From contig CALQZQ010000004.1 in NCBI GenBank assembly GCA_943349825.1, positions 51,866 through 115,865 on the forward strand: a stretch of DNA of 64,000 nucleotides. Reading direction: 5' to 3'. The stretch is from Candidatus Peribacteria bacterium (GTDB taxonomy: Bacteria > Patescibacteriota > Gracilibacteria > UBA1369 > 2-02-FULL-48-14). Within the stretch, counting starts at the first letter, position 1. Every line of letters starts with the position of its first letter. Positions 35,501 to 42,682 of this stretch are shown here, in pieces. The translations under genes and the position numbers were made by a program. The notes under the pieces were generated by a model. It was not told where the DNA came from. It saw nothing but the letters and a program-made list of their open reading frames with translations, and did not search any database.

Positions 35501-37854
35501 CGGATCCTTTGGATGCGGCAAGTTACCCCACTATCATCGACGATGATAGTGATGGAATGGACGATGCCTGGGAAGCTTTGTACAGCTGTATGAACGAAAC
35601 GGTGGACGACTCCACCGGCGATTCTGATGCCGATGGCCTCACGAACTACGAAGAATACACTTACTCTTCCAATCCTTGTGACGACGACACCGATGGTGAC
35701 ACGATGGACGACGGCTGGGAAGCGACTTACGGCCTCGACTTGAACACCAACGATGCGTCCAGTGATTTGGATGGAGATGGACTCAACAATTGGGAAGAAT
35801 ACCGTGAGGGCACGGACCCCAGCGACACGGATACTGACGGAGACTCCTTTGGAGACGGCGCAGAAGACACGGCCGGGACAGATCCTTTGGATGCCAGTGA
35901 CTTTCCACCGGATGGAGATTTGGATGGCCTGGCCGACCTCTGGGAAGACAGTTACAGCTGTATGGATTCCAGCGTGAACGATGCGGCCACCGACGACGAT
36001 GCGGACGGGCTCACGGCTTTGCAAGAGTATGGCTACGACACCAATCCTTGTGATGACGACACGGACAGCGACGGCATGGACGACGCTTGGGAAATCGATT
36101 ACGGCCTGGATGCTACGGTGAGCAGCGCTTCCACCGATACGGATTCTGACGGACTCACGGACTTGGAAGAGTACATTCTTGGCTCTGTGCCTACGGACAC
36201 CGATACGGATGGAGATGGCATGCCCGATGGTTGGGAAGAGAGTTATGGGCTCGATCTGCTTGTGAACGATGCGGCCAGTGATTTGGATGGAGACACTTTG
36301 ACCAACTTGGTGGAATACACTTTGGGAACTTCTCCTGCCAGCACGGACTCAGATGCAGATGGGATGCCCGACGCTTGGGAATACAGTTACGGTTTGGATG
36401 CGACGAGCAACGACGCCTCCAGCGACTTCGATAGCGATGGCCTCAACAATTTGGCCGAGTACACGGCTGGTACGGATCCCACGAACACGGATACAGACGG
36501 GGATGCCTACGGCGACGGAGTGGAGGTGAATGCGAGCACGGATCCTTTGGATGCTGCCGATCATCCTACCGATTCCGACGGAGACGGTATGGACGACATT
36601 TGGGAAGCCAGCTACACCTGTATGGATGCCGCCGTTTCCGATGCTACTACGGATGATGATGTCGATGGCCTGACGGCTACTGAGGAATACACGGCTGGTA
36701 CGGATCCTTGTACCGCCGACACCGATGGTGACGGATTCGACGATGGCGAAGAAATCTCTGGAGGCTACGACCCTTTGGATGCCACCGACTATCCCTTGGA
36801 TGCGGACGGCGATGGACTTCTGGATACCTGGGAAGTTTTATACAGCTGTATGGATGCCGCCGTTTCCGATGCTACTACCGATGATGATGTCGATGGCCTG
36901 ACGGCTACTGAGGAATACACGGCCGGTACGGATCCTTGTACAGCGGACAGCGATGGTGACGGATTCGACGATGGCGAAGAAATCTCTGGAGGCTACGATC
37001 CTTTGGATGCCACTGATTACCCCTTGGATGCGGATGGCGACGGACTCCTAGATACCTGGGAAGTTTTATACAGCTGTATGGATGCCGCCGTTTCCGATGC
37101 TACTACGGATGATGATGTCGATGGCCTGACGGCTACTGAGGAATACACGGCTGGTACGGATCCTTGTACCGCCGACACCGATGGTGACGGATTCGACGAT
37201 GGCGAAGAAGTGGATGCTGGGACCGATCCTTTGGATGCTCTGGATTTTCCTGCGGACTCTGATGGAGACGGTCTTACGGATGCTGAAGAAGCGCTTTTGG
37301 GGACGGATCCCTTTAGCAATGACTCTGATGGAGATTTGTTCACGGACGGTTACGAAGTGGAACAGGCCAGCGATCCTAGCAGTTCTGCCAGTACGCCCAG
37401 TTTGACGGTGAGCGTAGCGAACTACAGTGCGTTGGTGGGCTACGGTGAAAGTGGTAGTTGGACCTACTACGTGTATGGCTATGACGAAACACTGTTCCTC
37501 TCTATGACCACTTCGGATCAGTATTACGTTCAAAATGATTTCCGGACAACCCCTACAGGTGTGGTTGGTGCCGGCTTTGATGAGACCCAATACTTGGGGT
37601 CCGTTCTTGTTGAATTCTGTTCTCGAAGAACGGCCAGTGCCGATCCTACCTCGGACACGTGTTCTTCAGTCCCCGACTACAGTGCTGTGGGATCTCCTAC
37701 GACTCAAGCAACCCATTTAACGAGTTCAGCTCAAATGGAGGCGTGGACGGGACGTTTGTCTTTGTACTATACCTTCGATGACTTTTATTGGGTGCGGTCT
37801 GCGGATTCGACTCCCGAAGCCTTTGACTCTTTCCGTATTTCTCTAGGGTCTTAG
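32560..37854 (+). CDS. giant secreted protein: N-terminal parallel beta-helix repeats plus many thrombospondin-type-3-like Ca-binding repeats
   Basis: Start ATG32560 gives a signal peptide (MFSLRGLRNTIVFGAVLAVAYSFALFSAPSTEA). NNT/NNxF beta-helix-like repeats span aa 100-600. Dozens of DxDxDGxxDxxE units follow, ending in a unique tail of about 150 aa. Confidence 0.85.
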   Translation: MFSLRGLRNTIVFGAVLAVAYSFALFSAPSTEAAICRTNFVYVDSGAGTDRAGCWGTNSADAYATISAALADRNANYSGTEITIYFKGDVNQTLDNSGSSNNVYLRPQTLGASTKAIFTVKGSNYIRVAYFKFTSSGGVKMNGTGNNITVENNTFSTATTFIDITGSNTAIIEDNTFQSGYIYDHNNAGRVTIWTNTFTGAGSKGGYHVSVNTQSSGGIDFVGNKITSTSGNGLSMTSASGAIIMSNTFTGPGSVSSTAVQLSGTTGNIQNNTVTGYGKGFLALGTGATNLNYVDNNKVTLTDTATAESIGFGFTGMNITHFTNNTVSSGDYGLKVNTTTVNEVLTNTFTSLSYAVFGDALSQLTTVSNNGFSSVGTGIWLVMSTFTTIDSNQLAASSYGILLETTKGKFSSWNSEGTPSDPPGTTTAAQSVIKNNTITGSNVGIAMAAYNVDDIHKNTFVNVVDGTDMFFSAVNIFKNNVLGHNVAMANGRGVYLNASSLADFSRNAFNAFQSGLKMEAASTISTLFDSNSFSGGTYGVYLNSSTLAVPVTNGVFAAMPNGVYLTAGTTGFTVLYSTFYSNTTAVLVAANLPAGNVVKLANNVYSQFGPYAVSVLDSADLGLLDYNVYEHVAGTAILNVPTGAVTLTGARAGGFEINAYEENGTTLVNPAAGDYHLQAVSRAVNSADVTFVVAKDFENRARPVCVTSDRGAFEATSAAFAALFDGDGDGLCNFQETAWGTSGTSTDSDADGVADYKEIYQTLTDPTLADTDGDGYSDGEEVLTYGTDPLDALDHVNDSDRDGMDDTWETLYGLDPLDASDAATDLDGDGLTNLEEYEADMDPSDADMDNDGLNDGDEVSAGTDWINPDTDADGMEDGFEVTYGLDPLSDDSGDDADSDGLTNLEEYDADTDPTDSDTDGDGMDDYWELNNSLNPTRNDGASDYDRDGLSNREEYVLGTYPDDDDTDGDGYTDGVEVTYSTDPLDAASYPTIIDDDSDGMDDAWEALYSCMNETVDDSTGDSDADGLTNYEEYTYSSNPCDDDTDGDTMDDGWEATYGLDLNTNDASSDLDGDGLNNWEEYREGTDPSDTDTDGDSFGDGAEDTAGTDPLDASDFPPDGDLDGLADLWEDSYSCMDSSVNDAATDDDADGLTALQEYGYDTNPCDDDTDSDGMDDAWEIDYGLDATVSSASTDTDSDGLTDLEEYILGSVPTDTDTDGDGMPDGWEESYGLDLLVNDAASDLDGDTLTNLVEYTLGTSPASTDSDADGMPDAWEYSYGLDATSNDASSDFDSDGLNNLAEYTAGTDPTNTDTDGDAYGDGVEVNASTDPLDAADHPTDSDGDGMDDIWEASYTCMDAAVSDATTDDDVDGLTATEEYTAGTDPCTADTDGDGFDDGEEISGGYDPLDATDYPLDADGDGLLDTWEVLYSCMDAAVSDATTDDDVDGLTATEEYTAGTDPCTADSDGDGFDDGEEISGGYDPLDATDYPLDADGDGLLDTWEVLYSCMDAAVSDATTDDDVDGLTATEEYTAGTDPCTADTDGDGFDDGEEVDAGTDPLDALDFPADSDGDGLTDAEEALLGTDPFSNDSDGDLFTDGYEVEQASDPSSSASTPSLTVSVANYSALVGYGESGSWTYYVYGYDETLFLSMTTSDQYYVQNDFRTTPTGVVGAGFDETQYLGSVLVEFCSRRTASADPTSDTCSSVPDYSAVGSPTTQATHLTSSAQMEAWTGRLSLYYTFDDFYWVRSADSTPEAFDSFRISLGS
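36619..37225 (+). repeat. near-identical 228-bp (76-aa) tandem repeats inside the giant gene, about 2.7 copies
   Basis: TGTATGGATGCCGCCGTTTCCGATGCTACTAC... restarts at 36619, 36847 and 37075. Copies 1 and 3 are identical over about 150 nt, while copy 2 differs at a few mostly synonymous sites. Confidence 0.9.
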
Positions 37855-39105
37855 TACTGCTTTGACCTTTCTAAGGCCCACCCAGGCCATCGCCGCTTCG
37901 GCGGCGATGGCTGAGCTGATGATGATTACGATTTTGAGGTCTGAGGAAAAAGGCAAAAAGCTCAGTGCTCCTATGCCCAGCCCAATAGCCAGTGCCAGTA
38001 GTTCCCGTTTCAGCCACCAGCGCTCTTTGCCGAGTGCGAAAAGGGTGATGAAGCTGAGGTCGTAAAAATAGGAGACCGCTGCCAGAATGAGCAGCAAAGG
38101 TAAAATGAACCAGAGCCCTGGGGCTAAGAAATCGTGGCTGCTGACGAGGGAGAGAGCCCAAGGCCCGAGGGCACTGCCGAAGACCACGACGCTCAGTGCC
38201 AGCCACAGCAATCCTTTTCGAGCTTTTTTGTAGAGCTCTTGGGCGGTGTGCAGGTGACCTTCTTTTAAGGCGTGTTTAAGCGCGGGCAAAATGGAGAACA
38301 TCAGGAATGTGGAGAACAAACTCAGAGTGGCGCTGAGGTGCAGACTCAAAGAGTAAGTGGAATAGTCGCTGTTGCTCAGCACATTCACAATGAGGGCGCT
38401 CGGGAGAAAACGATAGTAGATGTTGTTCAGCACGTTGATGATGCCGAAGGGCAGGGAAGTCCAGAGCAGCTCTTTTTGAATGGCGCTGTTCCAGTGGCTC
38501 ACGATTTTCATGGAGCCTCGCACAAAACCTAAACTGATTCCTGCCGTGACAATGGAACCCAGCAGTGGACCGAGGAGATAGAGCGCAAGATTGTGTTGCT
38601 CTGTGTAAAAAAGTGCGGCGGTGGTGAGCAGGTTCACGGCGCGCCCCGCGAACAAGGCGAGGGTGGCTCTTCCCATTTTGTATTGCGCTTGCAGGGTTCC
38701 GTCGCAAACGGAAGTGATGTAATCCAGGAGCAAGCTGCTCATGAAGAGAAGCGTGCCCACGAAGAATAGAGGGTCCTCGATTTGCACCACGGCGTAGAAG
38801 AGGCCCATTCCAAAAAAGAAGAGAGCGGTCCAGAGCCGTAGCAGCAGCGCGTTCCAAAAAATGTGAGAGTCATTGGGTTTGTCGGCCATTTTGCGCACCA
38901 TGTTTCCGAAGATTCCCAGGTTGCCCGCGGTGGAAAAGAAGAGTGAGAACTCGGTGATTTTTCCGTAGACCCCGTAGTTCTCCGCCCCGAGTGCCTCGGT
39001 GAGCAACTTCACGGTAAAAAAGCCCAAGCCGATTTGGGCGACCTTGCCCAAAATTTGGACAAAAGTGGACCAAGCGATTTCCCGCCTTAGGAGTTTTGCG
39101 ATCAT
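37843..39105 (-). CDS. MOP-superfamily polysaccharide/lipid-linked oligosaccharide flippase (Wzx/MurJ-like)
   Basis: A 420-aa protein with about 12 TM segments. Its N-terminus (ILGKVAQIGLGFFTVKLLTEALGAENYGVY) is typical of polysaccharide biosynthesis flippases. Confidence 0.6.
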   Translation of the reverse strand: MIAKLLRREIAWSTFVQILGKVAQIGLGFFTVKLLTEALGAENYGVYGKITEFSLFFSTAGNLGIFGNMVRKMADKPNDSHIFWNALLLRLWTALFFFGMGLFYAVVQIEDPLFFVGTLLFMSSLLLDYITSVCDGTLQAQYKMGRATLALFAGRAVNLLTTAALFYTEQHNLALYLLGPLLGSIVTAGISLGFVRGSMKIVSHWNSAIQKELLWTSLPFGIINVLNNIYYRFLPSALIVNVLSNSDYSTYSLSLHLSATLSLFSTFLMFSILPALKHALKEGHLHTAQELYKKARKGLLWLALSVVVFGSALGPWALSLVSSHDFLAPGLWFILPLLLILAAVSYFYDLSFITLFALGKERWWLKRELLALAIGLGIGALSFLPFSSDLKIVIIISSAIAAEAAMAWVGLRKVKAVLRP

Positions 39106-39881
39106 GGCTCGATGGGAAGGACTTCAAGAATCAGTTTGGCTCCTGCATTGATGTCCGCTGGATCCCAGTCGTGCAGAGCGTTTTCTATCATGGCCCACGT
39201 GTATACGTAGTCGGCGCCATTGCGGGTGCCCACATCGTTGGTCACGATCTGTTGTTTGGCGGCATCATACCCTTTGATCACAAGCATATGGTAGGTGGGG
39301 CCGCCGTTGGTGAAGTTGGGGTTGTAGAGCTGCTTCCCGGCAAAACCTCCGATGATCAAGTGCCCTTGGGCGAGAATGTTTTGAATGTCTTCGAAGGTGG
39401 GGTTTTCGTGCACGATGCTTTCGAGACCGTAGTTGGCCTTCATGAACTCGGCGGTTTCGGCCACGGTGGTGTCGTGGTAGTCCATGTCGTTTTTGCCTTG
39501 CCAGTCTACGAGGGCGAGTAACTCTGCGTTGAATTCGTCACGGGTCCAGTTTTTGTTGAGGTAAACATTGGCCACCAGGGCCACACTGGCTTCTTCACAG
39601 GCGTCTTGCCAGGGGTAATCCCAGTTGCCGGTGGGGGCTTGGGTGTAAAAAGGAACCTCGATGTTGAGTTGCTCGGGCAGGGCTCCGCTGTCCGTGACAG
39701 GGGTAGGAATGGGGTCGTTTGCGTCTGCGACATCGGTGATGGGAGTGCTCACGGGCGCCTCGGGGCCTTCTAGCTTAGAACTCTGCCATTGGTCGTAGCT
39801 CAAAAAGCCCCCAAAACCGAGCGCTACTATGAGCAAAACTCCCCAGAATACTCTGCCAAAGGAAGCTCTTGCTTTATTCAT
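39102..39881 (-). CDS. membrane-anchored papain-fold (C39-like) cysteine peptidase domain protein
   Basis: Has an N-terminal TM helix and VPFYTQAPTGNWDYPWQDACEEASVAL (candidate Cys). YHMLVIKGY provides a candidate His and TNDVG a candidate Asp/Asn. Confidence 0.5.
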   Translation of the reverse strand: MNKARASFGRVFWGVLLIVALGFGGFLSYDQWQSSKLEGPEAPVSTPITDVADANDPIPTPVTDSGALPEQLNIEVPFYTQAPTGNWDYPWQDACEEASVALVANVYLNKNWTRDEFNAELLALVDWQGKNDMDYHDTTVAETAEFMKANYGLESIVHENPTFEDIQNILAQGHLIIGGFAGKQLYNPNFTNGGPTYHMLVIKGYDAAKQQIVTNDVGTRNGADYVYTWAMIENALHDWDPADINAGAKLILEVLPIEP

Positions 39882-39928
39882 AAAATATGTTATTATTTCT
39901 AGCGCTAATCTTATTCTACTCCTTTTTT

Positions 39929-40996
39929 ATGACAGAAGGTAGAAAACTTGAAGACCTCGCTCGAGACGATGAGTTTCTAAGAATGGTGGTGGACCGTTGT
40001 CTCACACTTCATGAACGTGATCGTCGTGGTGGGGAAGAAGTGGACCATTTCCGTAATGTACTGTCTTTAGCGGTTCATGAATCTCTGCGTCAACGGGGGG
40101 TGGAACCGCGTCCCTACGTCGGTTTGCTCCGCCAATTTGTGACCGACCTCTATGTCCCTACTCAAATTACTACTGCTGCAGGTGTGGATGAAGACAGTGA
40201 ACCGACTCGTCTTTTGAAATTCCTCGCTCCTACGCCTCATTCCCGGGAAGATATGATGTTGAATGTGTTCCCCTCTTTGAGGAGAAGTGTGGAGGTTCAA
40301 AGAATTCCGTACTTAGATCGTTTGATTATAGTATTTAATTTGAAGCTCTTGGCGGGTGGCTTGGATATGCGTGAACAAATACTGCTTGGTCAGAAAGACG
40401 CTTCGGTTGATCCGCTCACTCAATTGCTCAATCGACGTGGGATGGAAGCTTATCTTGCCGATCTATTGCGTGAAGATCCTAAGGCTTCGGGAGCCCTGCT
40501 TATGGTGGATGCAGATCACTTTAAGAGTGTGAATGATGAGCGAGGGCATGACGTTGGGGACCAGGCGCTCCGTTATTTAGCGAGTACGATTTCCGAGACG
40601 GTACGTATAGATCCTGATGCGGTGGTGAGAGTCCAGGAAGAGTTGAAGCCGGAAGCGCTTCCGACTGCGGTACGATGGGGTGGGGAAGAAATGGCGGTTT
40701 TTTTGCCTGCCATTGACACTTTAGAGGGGGCACATCGTATTGGAGAGCGTGCGAGACGTGCCGTTGAAAGTGGTGCGGAAGAACATTTAGGTTTTCCTCT
40801 CACGGTGACCATTGGAATCACTACAGGGCCTTTCTCAGAAGCTGAAAACATGATGAGAACTGCTGATGGGCTACTTTATGAAGGTAAAGCAGCGGGAAGA
40901 AACAGAGTTGTTTCAGGACCCTTTAACCCTCAGGGTGTTCCTGGTCGTGAGGTGAGAAGCCATCCGACGGTAGTACCGCGGTCGCGTAAAGAGTAG
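39929..40996 (+). CDS. GGDEF-domain protein (diguanylate cyclase-like, GGEEM variant)
   Basis: Contains DPLTQLLNRRG, DADHFKSVNDERGHDVGDQAL, RWGGEEMAVFL and YEGKAAGRNRV motifs. The start is uncertain (ATG39887 or ATG39929). Confidence 0.75.
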   Translation: MTEGRKLEDLARDDEFLRMVVDRCLTLHERDRRGGEEVDHFRNVLSLAVHESLRQRGVEPRPYVGLLRQFVTDLYVPTQITTAAGVDEDSEPTRLLKFLAPTPHSREDMMLNVFPSLRRSVEVQRIPYLDRLIIVFNLKLLAGGLDMREQILLGQKDASVDPLTQLLNRRGMEAYLADLLREDPKASGALLMVDADHFKSVNDERGHDVGDQALRYLASTISETVRIDPDAVVRVQEELKPEALPTAVRWGGEEMAVFLPAIDTLEGAHRIGERARRAVESGAEEHLGFPLTVTIGITTGPFSEAENMMRTADGLLYEGKAAGRNRVVSGPFNPQGVPGREVRSHPTVVPRSRKE

Positions 40997-41056
40997 GTGG
41001 CGTCTTTACAGGTTCGCTGCCTTTGCTTAGAATAGCCGAGATCAAGCTGTTTTCTT

Positions 41057-42112
41057 ATGCCTAAGCTCAAAAAACCACGACTTCGGAATGTGCTCAATAA
41101 AGTGACCTGTCTCCGTGCTTTGGCGGCCGAGCCGTTCAAACGGGTGACTTTGTCGTTTTACAGGTATGTGAAGATTGAAAATCCGGCAGATTTTAGAGAT
41201 CAGCTGTATGCAGAATGGGACAAACTTGGGGTTTTTGGCCGAGTTTACTTGGCTCGAGAGGGAATCAACGCGCAAATCAGCGTGCCAGAGCCCCAATTCG
41301 AGGCTTTTAAAGCCGCTTTGGAGGGCCATGCGGAGCTCGCCGCTATGTATTTGAACATTGCCTTGGAACAGGCAGAGTCTTTCTATAAGCTCACCATCAA
41401 GGTGCGAAAACAGATTGTGGGCGATGGTCTGCCGGAGGACAGCTACGATTTGTCCCAAGTAGGGAATCATCTGAACGCCGAAGAATTCAATACGGCTATG
41501 GAAAGTGAAGATGCCTTGGTGGTGGACATGCGCAATTTCTACGAAAGCCGCATCGGACATTTTGAAGGAGCGGTGTGTCCGGACAGCAACACTTTTAAAG
41601 AGGAACTTCAGATGGTGACCGAGCAGTTGAAGGATCAAAAAGACAAAAAAGTCTTGCTCTATTGTACGGGTGGGATTCGCTGTGAAAAGGCGAGCGCTTA
41701 TTTTAAACACGAAGGTTTTAAGGATGTGAATCAGCTGCAGGGAGGCATCATTTCTTATGTGCAGGAAGTGCGCCAGAAGCAGTTGGAGAGCAAATTCAAG
41801 GGCAGCAACTACGTTTTTGATGAGCGCATCAGCGAACGCGTAACAGAAGATGTGCTTTCTGAGTGCGACCAGTGTGGCGCCGCTTGGGACGGCTATACCA
41901 ACTGTGCGAATGCCACCTGCAATCTTTTGTTTTTGCAGTGCGCGGCTTGTGCGGAGAAATGGAATGGTGCTTGCACGCCGGAATGCCAAGCGGTGGTCTT
42001 GTTGCCGGAAGCAGAGCGCCGCGCGTATTACGCCAAGCAGCCACCCTGCACTCAGGAAATTTATCTATCTAGGATTAGGCCGAAGGCGAAGATAGGCAAA
42101 GAGCTCCGCTAA
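41057..42112 (+). CDS. trhO: rhodanese-domain tRNA uridine(34) hydroxylase TrhO (YceA/UPF0176)
   Basis: Contains FYRYVKIENP and LYCTGGIRCEKASAYF motifs plus a C-terminal Cys cluster. Confidence 0.85.
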   Translation: MPKLKKPRLRNVLNKVTCLRALAAEPFKRVTLSFYRYVKIENPADFRDQLYAEWDKLGVFGRVYLAREGINAQISVPEPQFEAFKAALEGHAELAAMYLNIALEQAESFYKLTIKVRKQIVGDGLPEDSYDLSQVGNHLNAEEFNTAMESEDALVVDMRNFYESRIGHFEGAVCPDSNTFKEELQMVTEQLKDQKDKKVLLYCTGGIRCEKASAYFKHEGFKDVNQLQGGIISYVQEVRQKQLESKFKGSNYVFDERISERVTEDVLSECDQCGAAWDGYTNCANATCNLLFLQCAACAEKWNGACTPECQAVVLLPEAERRAYYAKQPPCTQEIYLSRIRPKAKIGKELR

Positions 42113-42347
42113 ATTATTTGAGTGATCTCGCCCGTAATGTTAGTAAACATCCATCGGGTTGGCTTCGACCTAGAGTTGTTTTGGGGCGTTTTGTGCCTGG
42201 TGAAATTGGTGAGCTTCAAGGCCTTTTCTTCAATGAATTGCGTGTACAAGGATTCAAGCGAACTCCTTGGCAATTGGTTTTTCCTGGTCAGACGGCGGGT
42301 CTTATTAAACCGCTTTCACCACCTGCAGATGGTGTCAGTGAATATCA

Positions 42348-42405
42348 TGTGCGCGCGCACAGAATTTTACAGGCTCGTCCTAAGCTGAAATGTACAGTTG
42401 AATGT
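42348..42405. repeat. second (inverted) copy of the GC-palindrome element
   Basis: TGTGCGCGCGCACA (42348-42361) + GAATTTTACAGG + 16 nt + ATGTACAGTTGAATGTA. This matches the reverse complement of 388-443. Confidence 0.7.
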
Positions 42406-42504
42406 AGAGTTTGGTCTTAAGCATTGATGCAAATTACTTGCAATAGAAGCATCTAAGTCAGATTTTTGTCAGGACTTTTTTGTTATGATTGAGACGTTCA
42501 CTTT

Positions 42505-42573
42505 GGGCCCAGACTCGGTGTCCTCAACAGAGTTGTCATCTTGTTGGGTCGGGTTCAAATCCCGATGGGTCCA
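42505..42573 (+). ncRNA. candidate tRNA-like small RNA (acceptor stem + T-arm + one bulged hairpin, no canonical D/anticodon arms)
   Basis: GGGCCCA (42505-11) pairs with TGGGTCC (42566-72). The T-arm is TCGGG-TTCAAAT-CCCGA (42549-65) and the discriminator is A42573. The hairpin CAACAGA-GTTGTCA-TCTTGTTG lies at 42525-46. Confidence 0.4.
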
Positions 42574-42592
42574 CCGCTGAACAAGCGACAGC

Positions 42593-42626
42593 AAAAAGCC
42601 CTTTCCGTACGGAAGGGCTTTTTGAT
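42593..42626 (+). terminator. intrinsic terminator within repeat copy 2 (possibly bidirectional for the S-layer-like gene)
   Basis: AAAAAGCCCTTTCC-GTAC-GGAAGGGCTTTTTGAT with a perfect 10-bp stem. Confidence 0.75.
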
Positions 42627-42682
42627 CTCAACAGAGTTGTCTTTATTATTCTATTCCTAAGGCTACTCTTTTGCAATAATGC

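Noticed and set aside
32965-36024. Several 200-280-aa minus-strand ORFs inside the giant surface-protein gene.
   Set aside because: They are antisense to a continuous 5.3-kb ORF with coherent repeat architecture, and their translations are Arg/His/Ile-rich without motifs.
41042-41989. A 315-aa minus-strand ORF overlapping trhO.
   Set aside because: It is an antisense shadow of a gene with clear rhodanese/TrhO motifs, and it has no motifs of its own.
42118-42420. A TTG-initiated 100-aa ORF downstream of trhO.
   Set aside because: It has no ATG start and no promoter, and it runs through two different non-coding repeat elements. I treat the region as non-coding, although this is not proven.
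42505-42573. The tRNA-like element as a tmRNA (ssrA), one-piece or permuted.
   Set aside because: The 5' region loosely resembles the tmRNA GGGG...UUCGAC start and the T-arm fits. However, there is no room for pseudoknots or a tag reading frame ending in ..AA-stop (only 69 nt between the acceptor strands), and the element occurs twice.
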